From: Thermoplasmata archaeon | Lineage (GTDB): Archaea; Thermoplasmatota; Thermoplasmata; GCA-020350865 | Assembly: GCA_020348445.1 (NCBI GenBank) | Contig: CP070751.1 | Location: forward strand, 2,820,209-2,860,208 | DNA: 40,000 bases | Reading direction: 5' to 3' | In this document: positions 18,701-25,120 of the stretch, piece after piece | Layout of the letters: each line of letters opens with the position of its first letter | Position numbering within the stretch: the first letter of the stretch is position 1 | Program-made: the position numbers and the translations under genes | The notes under the pieces: model-generated | Databases searched by the model: none | What the model saw: only the letters and a program-made list of their open reading frames with translations | What the model was told of the DNA's origin: nothing

Positions 18701-20482
18701 CACGACACTTGCATTATTCTTTGATTTTGCTGTTACATTAATAAACCAGGTATTAATGAGCTCACCGCTTGGTATGGAAACATTCACATAGACGATGGCA
18801 GAGTCCTGTGCTGGCACATTTACGACTTCCTGGGAGAGAACGCCCCAATCCTTTTGGCCTCCCAGGGATAGACGTATATCGTCCTCGCCTGTGCCTTCGT
18901 TTGAGACCTCCAATTTAAATACAATATCTTCACCTCCCGAGTCCCCGCTCTTGGAATCACCGGTTAAGGTCTGTATACCAATATCATAATATGGTTGAAC
19001 GTCAGTTGTCGCTGTGGCAGTATCAGAGGTACCACCACCAGCCGAACCAGTTACGATAGTATAATGGGGACCCTCCAATGCATCGGTAGGTACGGAGATA
19101 CTCAAGTTTACATCGATTTTAATATCAGGTGCTAAATTTGAAATATAATTGGGTTTTAAAACAGCAGTATATTCTCCTGAGTAGGTCAAAGTTACAGTAT
19201 CATTCGTATTGCCAGTGTTCGTAACCTCCACAAGATATGATACATCTTCCCCTGGATCAGGATCATCATAATCTCCTGGTATAAAAACTCGAACTCCATA
19301 AACCTTGCCGACTGTCGTTATCGTTGTCGACACATCTTCTGTTGAAGGATTCTTTGACGAATTCACCCTGAAGTTGACCTTCCCCCTTTTCCAGCTTTTA
19401 GCATCTTCTGGAACCACAACAGTCATTATCCAAGTTTTTGTGCCCTGATATGGTATGTTTTGATTACCCTTGTCAATAAAGACATCCCAACTCAGACCCT
19501 CCAAAAGTATGGCCTCTCGGTTTACCTTGTCATCTGTATTGCCCTGATTTGTTACTGTGAAATTATATTTAACTGTCTCTCCTGGTAATCCTTCTTGGTA
19601 ATTATCGTCCACTGAGAGAAGGAGGTCATAATAGGGATTTACCGTGGTGTATGTGGATGTGCTGTCAGTTTCGCCTTCGGGGTCTTCAGATGTAGCCACT
19701 ATGCTGACTGGGTAAACGGAGCTTTTAAACGGGTCTGGAGGATAGAATGTCACAGTTGAAGTAAATGAGCCCCCCCTTGATAGTTCATCACTATCTGGTG
19801 AAAAAGCCGGATTCCATCCTGCAGGTGCTCCAGGGGCAGATAAAGTAACTGTATCCTGCCCGTTCCCTGTGTTATTTACGATCAAGTTATATGTTACTGT
19901 CCCTCCTTGATCTACACTCTTTGAATTGGAACCCACGATCTGTACCGTCACCCTATATTCCTGTGTGATGCGGGCTGTGAAACTGTCTGAATCTTGTAAG
20001 GTTGGTTGTTCCACAACATAACCCTCTACTTTCAACTGGGCTGATTCGCCAGCCGAAGCATTTTGAATATTATATGGTGCCTCGACTGTAACGGTAATGT
20101 ATCTTTTTTCGTTTGCTCCTAAACCCGATACTCCTCGCTCCTTAGGAGTCACAACCCAGCCCTTGGTTTCCTTGCTTGAATCGTAGAAAGAGAACGTTAG
20201 GTTTATCGATTCTTCTGAAGTGCCTGGATTGTGGACCTCGATACTGAAGACAACTGACTGTGGAGTGGTGCTGGTGTCCATATATTTTATTGATTCACCG
20301 TCTACCTGTATCGAGATACCGTAGGATGCCTGGGCGTTAATTGAAAATAGTACAACAATGGCCAATAGGTTCGCCAGAAATAGCATTGTTACAAGAATAT
20401 GTACGAACAATCTTCTCGCGGAAGTTTTCCCGCTAGTCTTTCTTTCATGCCCAAAAGATACGTTATTTTGCGTGTGGATCAT
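12728..20482 (-). CDS. Giant (~2584 aa) surface protein: signal peptide, ~19 NEW3/COG1470-like plus 2 CARDB-like Ig repeats, TM helix, Pro/Glu-rich linker, C-terminal zinc ribbon
   Basis: Hydrophobic N-terminus ending NAQA. 21 recurrences of [VI]xNxGxxxD/E at ~100-120 aa spacing and many N-x-S/T sequons. TM GLMGLGIGLILGAIIFLILGLALG followed by RR. Ends CPKC...IPCEC. Start set at ATG 20482 (GAGGT RBS). Confidence 0.9.
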   Translation of the reverse strand: MIHTQNNVSFGHERKTSGKTSARRLFVHILVTMLFLANLLAIVVLFSINAQASYGISIQVDGESIKYMDTSTTPQSVVFSIEVHNPGTSEESINLTFSFYDSSKETKGWVVTPKERGVSGLGANEKRYITVTVEAPYNIQNASAGESAQLKVEGYVVEQPTLQDSDSFTARITQEYRVTVQIVGSNSKSVDQGGTVTYNLIVNNTGNGQDTVTLSAPGAPAGWNPAFSPDSDELSRGGSFTSTVTFYPPDPFKSSVYPVSIVATSEDPEGETDSTSTYTTVNPYYDLLLSVDDNYQEGLPGETVKYNFTVTNQGNTDDKVNREAILLEGLSWDVFIDKGNQNIPYQGTKTWIMTVVVPEDAKSWKRGKVNFRVNSSKNPSTEDVSTTITTVGKVYGVRVFIPGDYDDPDPGEDVSYLVEVTNTGNTNDTVTLTYSGEYTAVLKPNYISNLAPDIKIDVNLSISVPTDALEGPHYTIVTGSAGGGTSDTATATTDVQPYYDIGIQTLTGDSKSGDSGGEDIVFKLEVSNEGTGEDDIRLSLGGQKDWGVLSQEVVNVPAQDSAIVYVNVSIPSGELINTWFINVTAKSKNNASVVVELPLKVRVEQTYNVSISTGSDSNSIPAGGTTRYYIDVKNTGSGHDEYTVRTWAVGEAKTWASRSPAKFGLAAGETKNVTITVQVPEGVSPGEYTIQVNVTSDNSTTEKTVKAILLTYTQVTDRYEVLIAGAKEQTLEAPEDVNVTYTVEVHNFGTAPDSFQVILSGDRTGWADPSVDLISSVPGGDSYLLTVTVQIKDKNDPAMNDGVHSLLVEVESMEDPTVPPTTDYVWLNTTLTATRKIIMNPQQDIYDAEPGEIVNFTVNITNTGSEEDIFNFEDEGLKKGWGSILTPTLTLASGESTYIVYQVEIDEFATRDESPVDFFLLAKSQGANDEVIENITLTINIEQTYGVKIFTTQNEKTGDPGEEVVFVIEIKNKGNDRDEIILSHSGTELGEWELSIVPLDPEDSTFVNYTVKIKDDHDTSDILITLNASSDGDESGETYEIQPITVHVNPRYEINLGTNGPNQRNVRGGESVTFSLRIDNRGTDVDTYDLIAVGSQAFWVTINPSNPTNTTVIVGVQQSAYIDIMVSPPNGTDVLLYDIIINVTSQNDRDVSVEYTFYANVEATYDVFIYPDNPQDTVDAGDTASFTCFVDNDGNDADIYQFTVIGLPPGWDYAINPSSINVPAGGTGIIDIDVDTSKGSPAGVYTFDITATSLNDPSKSSTTELTIELRQVYKVEFTSSPSEKQADVGETVSYAINIKNDGNGPDTIELTLEGDDAQYGFLYYSPTENGQKIEISPSAGGTESFFFNVTPPSDYWETESDSIIRIEIKAKSLDDPEKKAADSLNVTTDVEHVYEFTVSASGTQSGVPGESKKFSITIYNKGTDPDGDTFNLLVKGFTAPPGGIESYWESANTNPFSVNPVEILEDGQQLVEVEIAIPTPSNITLVPPGDYEIEIEVKSQGNTEVLTTVNLTMTVTKLFAAEIVDITPDSAKVDVGAWTYYEIKVKNAGNDYDNISISVEDDTVIEGDQRFWTTLTYNNVNITHIELPSGGQAIIKFTIRVPGRDEIGYPNIDPSSVNFNITVQPSDPKDPNAEEDRQQITTQINPIYEFEVDPITTQVGIPGDQIDYGITITNTGTGSDTFRPKLIWGDVSWPEAQGSSQFSTTSVTLGAGESTTIILYFVIHEENDVALAGKYMNNVTIESDRTDDITVPFTVEVDEVYEFELSEPTSLDSAVNVGGSVSFQFRIKNTGNAENKFILDKIDTDTTDDGDGDQKSWASFALTSDPATPISSVTLGAEDIETILLTITIPAQEDDDFVELKNPLGMEVKVSSEKGTVTAQSFTTTTTVNAIYDILLSCTAPFNTKEAEPGDAIYFTLEIRNNGTKVDYFEVRVSNFDESVFPQFPSILTTPDVEVDSVYTTNADFQVTTDKTKAVAGLYDIEVTVTSYKDRSVSEIIILTVDVTPLAEVEIDPDTQSDRGEPGDVIVYDMNIRNKGNAQDTFTIELDGENKEWGNITDIDEYPIPGKQITLDAGSWQKILVRVTIPTTGETEANKPYAIIVRVESLNTEDAFAEAQVTTTVEDYVELELEYSGSGEPEKDYDPNKKSPKFSFRVTNNGNQDESAVKIIVKESDWEYTPTTIPTTLDPGGTTTFTIEFTVPSDADEDTYSMTVVLESNVDPSKNSNEVPIKITVIKPDLVIDEIIGLGDDDELKAEVGVQIQITAKVSNVGTSTAESVQVKLYEGITVRGTKTISSLSSGKYENVTFRWTVVAEQVELKVEATPIEESNRGNNDDTIFLDLRPDFSFVGEEVNLSKANPEPKDKITITAYIVNNGGDAEDISVTFLYAGKAIGSKSIDLDYGETGEAFIEWEVPDKEGQSLSIEVEVDHSDARDKEKSTKSVRVAGKELEGVGAVFSGAGLMGLGIGLILGAIIFLILGLALGRRGGGREPRGAAAGAPSFAAFEKEEGVGKKAPKGPAPPAAGPVPFEKTEEEQPPPSEEEKEAKPKEIARVRCPKCGKVTEVTSTQRPLQIPCECGTTLMLKK

Positions 20483-20711
20483 AATAAGACCTCGGAAAAG
20501 GCCATGAAAGTTATGGTTTATTAACATTTCGGAAAATCGGTAATACGAGGATTTAATTTATATTTAGCATTTTTTAGAAAAGTATTTAACTGATGATTGA
20601 TATATTGTTTTACCATCGTTAAACCTGAAATCCGAAAAATGGGGGTGGAAACCGACTGGCGTTGAGAGTAATTCACCAAAAAACGAAATAATACCCTAGG
20701 GGGGTTGTAGT

Positions 20712-21389
20712 TTGGAAAAGAAGATGTTCGCGATAAAGGTCCCTTCGCAGGATAAAGATGCAATGGACCTTGTTGCAAGGGAAACGAAACGCACCCTTGC
20801 AAATATCTATTTTGTGCCATTGGAAAGATTCATACATGAATCCCTTGGTGCCCTTATTCTTGGAAGATTGGACGAGATAAGGGGCAACATGAGGAAAGAT
20901 GAAGTCATAAGGTTCTTACTGAATAACTCCGACGGGACCTCCAAAGTCCCGCCTACCATTATCAAGGATTTTATCGAGATGATGACCGTTGAAGGAGGGG
21001 GAAGGAAGTTCAAAATGCTGTTCTCCGACCTCAACTTCAGCGACAAGAGCTTTCTCTTACACGAAGTGAACCTCCACGACCTTGCACGTCACCTTGGTGC
21101 CGAATATCTCGAAAGGGGTGGAAGTCTTACCACTATAGACATTGAGCTCGCTTATGAGCTTTTTTTCGAGCGAATGCTCATGATATATTACAGCCTAACT
21201 GCCGAGGGCTCGCTTGAGGTACTTCATGCCGCATGGAACGATAATTATCCGAGAATATCCATGTTCAAGGACTCTCTTTTGAGGGAGTACAGGGCCAAGT
21301 ACGGCAAGAGCTTTGTGGAGATATTCGAGGTCGAGCCTGAATATGAAGCAAAGAGAAAGTTAAAAAGACAAAAAATGGAAGGAATCTGA
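20712..21389 (+). CDS. Hypothetical protein with possible N-terminal ribbon-helix-helix DNA-binding domain
   Basis: Clean 225-aa ORF. N-terminal FAIKVPSQDKDAMDLVARETKRTLANIYFVPLERFI has a strand-helix-helix pattern. Function is inferred. Confidence 0.7.
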   Translation: MEKKMFAIKVPSQDKDAMDLVARETKRTLANIYFVPLERFIHESLGALILGRLDEIRGNMRKDEVIRFLLNNSDGTSKVPPTIIKDFIEMMTVEGGGRKFKMLFSDLNFSDKSFLLHEVNLHDLARHLGAEYLERGGSLTTIDIELAYELFFERMLMIYYSLTAEGSLEVLHAAWNDNYPRISMFKDSLLREYRAKYGKSFVEIFEVEPEYEAKRKLKRQKMEGI

Positions 21390-22238
21390 TTACCTGTAAA
21401 TTGAAGGCGTGTAGGCCGGTTTCCTTGGTTTTGTGGGTTTTGCCTGGGCGTGAATCGATTTTAGCTGGCCCTCGATCTTTTCTGCCTCGATGTAAAGCGG
21501 CTTGGCATCCAGATGAATATGCAGAAGCATTTTATCTATGGTCTCAATCACCTTGGCAGCGGCCCTTGCATCAGGGTAATCAGGATGGGCTTCGGCCATA
21601 ACGCTGATAACATCAAAATCCCTGCTCTTTCCCTCGTTTAAAAGGACTCCCGCCACACCTGTGATCACTCCCTCGGTAAATAGGGGAACATCCTGGGCTT
21701 GAAGCATTTTTCTTGCCCGGATAGTACTGCCGATACCGTAAACGTCCACGATACCTGAATTGTTTTCATCGGCAGTTTCCTCTTCCTTTGTGTCTTCTTC
21801 GCCCTCAGAGTCTGTTGATTCTGGTTCATCTGCCTCGTCTTCGGCGCTCTTGTCGATGACCAGGCCTTCGGGTGATATCAGCAACTTGCACTTCTGCTCC
21901 TCAGCCCAATCCAGCATGGTGTGCGCAATTGGTTTGACGAGATTTGGCGGAGGCTGAAATTCCGAGATAAAAGCGACGATCTGATCCGATTCTCCATCAG
22001 GAGACGTGATTTTCTCACCAGCATATATGCGCACAGGATTGAGAGGCTCGGCTTCCCGAACAAGTGACACCGTTGGAAAGTATACCGAGTCCATAATACC
22101 GATTTGGGTTAATTTCAAAAAATTTATAAGGTAATTTGCTACGATGGAGCTCACCAAACCCACACTGGGAAATCCATCTATGACTGTTGCGCCCTTTAAA
22201 TCCACTTTTTTGAGTTCGTATACCTTTATCTCTTCCAT
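21390..22238 (-). CDS. PAC2-family proteasome assembly chaperone (PbaA/PbaB-like)
   Basis: IDGFPSVGLVSSIVANYL, GVITGVAGVLL, AEAHPDYPDARAAA. Acidic internal insertion. Confidence 0.88.
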   Translation of the reverse strand: MEEIKVYELKKVDLKGATVIDGFPSVGLVSSIVANYLINFLKLTQIGIMDSVYFPTVSLVREAEPLNPVRIYAGEKITSPDGESDQIVAFISEFQPPPNLVKPIAHTMLDWAEEQKCKLLISPEGLVIDKSAEDEADEPESTDSEGEEDTKEEETADENNSGIVDVYGIGSTIRARKMLQAQDVPLFTEGVITGVAGVLLNEGKSRDFDVISVMAEAHPDYPDARAAAKVIETIDKMLLHIHLDAKPLYIEAEKIEGQLKSIHAQAKPTKPRKPAYTPSIYR

Positions 22239-22373
22239 GTGGTTACCTTCATCCTATTTATGCCATCCCATATATGGTAGAGCATCGACCCTAACATCAT
22301 ACAGGTACTTAAATGCTACTGAGATAGTATCACAATCGAAAAGAATGTCTTTGAGTAATGCTATTTGGGTTTT

Positions 22374-23012
22374 ATGCCCCCATATATCATCATCAACTGC
22401 GCCATGTCCGCCGATGGAAAGATAGCACTGCCTTCGAGGAAACAAATCCGCATTTCCAATGAGGAGGATCTAAAAAGAGTCCATGAACTAAGAAACGAAT
22501 GCGATGCCGTTTTAGTTGGTATTGGAACAGTGCTTTCCGATGATCCAAAGCTCACTGTCAAAGAGAAGTACGTACCCAATCCCAAACAACCCATTAGAAT
22601 CGTGCTTGATTCAAAGGGCAGAATTCCGGAAGATTCACTGGTTTTAAGCCCAGAATCTCCCACAATAATAGCAGTTTCCGAAGAATGCACAAATCAAATT
22701 CAGGGCGCTGAGACCATTATTTGCGGAAAGAAGAAAATAAACCTTAGCCAGTTATGCGAAATTCTGGATGAAAAAGGGGTAAAAACCCTTCTTGTGGAGG
22801 GTGGTGAAAAAGTTATCTGGTCATTTTTAAAAAATAGACTGGCTGACGAATTAAACATCTTTGTAGGTAGCATGGTGATTGGTGGTATAAGTTCTCCCAC
22901 ACCAGTGGGTGGTAAAGGCGCGTTAAAAGAGGAGGATATCCTTCCTTTAACCTTGAAAAAAGTCGAAAAACTGGGGGACGGTGTTTTACTACAGTACGGT
23001 GTTAAAAGATGA
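22374..23012 (+). CDS. arfC: 2,5-diamino-6-(ribosylamino)-4(3H)-pyrimidinone 5'-phosphate reductase (RibD C-terminal / DHFR-like fold)
   Basis: PYIIINCAMSADGKIA, DAVLVGIGTVLSDDPKLTV, PIRIVLDSKGR, LLVEGG. Start set at ATG 22374. Confidence 0.8.
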   Translation: MPPYIIINCAMSADGKIALPSRKQIRISNEEDLKRVHELRNECDAVLVGIGTVLSDDPKLTVKEKYVPNPKQPIRIVLDSKGRIPEDSLVLSPESPTIIAVSEECTNQIQGAETIICGKKKINLSQLCEILDEKGVKTLLVEGGEKVIWSFLKNRLADELNIFVGSMVIGGISSPTPVGGKGALKEEDILPLTLKKVEKLGDGVLLQYGVKR

Positions 23013-23449
23013 GATTCTGTGCAGATCAAATGCTAGGCTCCTTGGCTAGATGGTTAAGATTTTTTGGATTTGATTGTGCATATCCCAAGGTGCTTGCAGA
23101 TAGGGAACTTGTGGCATTTGTAAGAAAAGAAGAGAGAATTCTTCTAACCCGTGACAAGGAATTGGCTCAAAACAAGGATATTGATTCCCTTTACATAGAA
23201 AATACGGATTTGGACATGCAGATCGCCCAGGTATTTGAACGATTCCAATTGAAGGTTACGAATCCGTTTTCAAGATGCTCAATTTGCAATTCCCAATTGA
23301 TAGAGGTGAAAAAGGCCGAAGTCGAGGGAAAAGTTCCCGAGAAAGTGTTTTCTTTTCAAAATGAGTTCTGGCGATGCGAGAAATGTAAAAAATACTACTG
23401 GCACGGAACGCATTTTAAGGGAATAGAGAAGAAAATTAGGGAATTATAA
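23009..23449 (+). CDS. Mut7-C RNase domain protein (DUF82; PIN-like plus zinc ribbon)
   Basis: RFCADQMLGSLARWLRFFGFD, ILLTRD, SRCSICN, FWRCEKCKKYYWHGTH. ATGA overlap with the upstream gene. Confidence 0.9.
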   Translation: MRFCADQMLGSLARWLRFFGFDCAYPKVLADRELVAFVRKEERILLTRDKELAQNKDIDSLYIENTDLDMQIAQVFERFQLKVTNPFSRCSICNSQLIEVKKAEVEGKVPEKVFSFQNEFWRCEKCKKYYWHGTHFKGIEKKIREL

Positions 23450-24490
23450 GGAGTAACTACTGCTACTTGAGCGGGGATATATATCGTCACTCTCTCTGTA
23501 AATGTCCTCTTTTATGATCTTGCCTGTGGTTGCGTTTATTATCATAACACCGTTGGAGCCCTCCACACACCATACAGGCAGATAAATCAGCCCTCTTTGT
23601 AAGATATCGATTGCATCTTCCTTGGGTCGCACTTTCTTTTTTTCGTATATGGTAACTGCACCCCTGTCGTCCACAGTCTGAATCTCTTTTGTATTCAGCG
23701 AAATGGCACTCTCCCTTGCAGTTTCGAAGGCCTTCTTTTCATCGAATTTAGGCTCCAATTTCGTGTGGGTGGTTTCCAAATCTTCCAATGTTTCGAAGGC
23801 AAAATCCCAACTTTCTGCATTATTTGTTAACCCATTCACGGCCAAGGTACCAGAGCTGAGAGAAGGGGTCTGTTCGCCCTCTACAACCAACTCACAGGAA
23901 TAATCAAAGACATAGTAGGGAATAAGCTCCAAGTCGAATCTGAATCCCTGAATTATCTTCTTTGATATCTCTGAAACCTCGCTCATGGAAATCTGTGGTT
24001 TCATAATAACCTCTTTTGCCATCTCGGCCTGTTTTGGTACTATTTTTACCTCCATGGGCTCCACATCAGATGAAACGACTTCTATCTCGGGAGGACCTTC
24101 GTCTAATACGGGCTCTTCTTTCTCCGGCTCCACGGGGCTTAAAGATATTTCGGGGGAAAATTCACCTTCCATATCTGCCAAAACAGCCCTTCCTATCTCC
24201 TCCTCGAGCTTCTTCTTGTCCCAGAGAAGAACTTGCTCTGATGTGGCGAGCTCCTCTAATTCGGGATCAATATCCACTGTAGTGGCAATAATGATCTTAT
24301 CCATATCCTGGGGCAATTCCTCCTTTAAGGCCATTATATCTGAAGATGTGATCTTTTCCCGGGCAGGCAGTACAGCGCATGCAATGTTCGAGCCCTCTTT
24401 ACTCCCCAAAATGTAATTTGGATGTTCTTCAGTGATGTTAAATTCATATGATTGAATTATCTTTTTTAATATTTCGATGAGGTTTGCCAA
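23444..24490 (-). CDS. Hypothetical protein with N-terminal restriction-endonuclease (Mrr-like) fold, acidic linker and conserved C-terminal domain
   Basis: TTG start with GAGGTGA RBS. N-terminal alpha/beta pattern ending IIIAT..IDPELEELATSEQVLLWDKKKLEEEIG is typical of Mrr_cat-like domains. Catalytic D..(E/Q)xK not evident. Confidence 0.65.
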   Translation of the reverse strand: MANLIEILKKIIQSYEFNITEEHPNYILGSKEGSNIACAVLPAREKITSSDIMALKEELPQDMDKIIIATTVDIDPELEELATSEQVLLWDKKKLEEEIGRAVLADMEGEFSPEISLSPVEPEKEEPVLDEGPPEIEVVSSDVEPMEVKIVPKQAEMAKEVIMKPQISMSEVSEISKKIIQGFRFDLELIPYYVFDYSCELVVEGEQTPSLSSGTLAVNGLTNNAESWDFAFETLEDLETTHTKLEPKFDEKKAFETARESAISLNTKEIQTVDDRGAVTIYEKKKVRPKEDAIDILQRGLIYLPVWCVEGSNGVMIINATTGKIIKEDIYRESDDIYPRSSSSSYSL

Positions 24491-25120
24491 TTCTTTTCAC
24501 CTCACAGAAAGTTCATTTTCGGATTCACATCCAAATTTCTCAACCTAAATGCAACTTAAAGCTTAAAAGGGTTGTGATTTTCAGTCATAGCAATGGGTAA
24601 AAAATGGAAATAAAAAGGTATTCTTTATGAATGTTTTTCATCGAGTAATGGGTTGTAGGGACTTAGAAAAAGAGATTTATTCACCTTTCTCTTCACAAAT
24701 CCATCCGGATGGTAACATAGAGGATTTAAGATCTATTTGTTCAGATTATTTAGGGTGGGAGGATGGGGGAAGGAGGAGGACTTAATTGGATATCCTCAAA
24801 TATACCAAGATAAACACTAAATACCAAAAGAGATATATATTCCATGTGTAATAATATAGTAAACATATAAAAGTAAGATTACACGCAACCTTCATGTCGG
24901 TAAATGGAAGAATAAAGGAAGCGCAGTGGGCTAAAATCGCATTCATTCTTCTTCGATACATGGATTTAGATTCCAAGACAGAAACGTTAAAGTGTCTGTA
25001 AATAGATGTATTAACTGGCAATATCGGGTTCATAAAAATTTCGTTTTATCGATTTCACCGATAAGATTTAATCTGAAAATACAGAAAATAAATAAAAAAA
25101 TAATGGACCTGGGATGAAAA

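Noticed and set aside
22254-22445. 63-aa minus-strand ORF between PAC2 and arfC
   Set aside because: Overlaps arfC antisense and occupies the divergent promoter region. No motif.
24628-24786. 52-codon ORF and perfect 12-bp palindrome CCATCCGGATGG (24701-24712) in the 630-bp gap
   Set aside because: Single occurrence, no recognisable protein features, and no second copy seen. Not supportable beyond chance.
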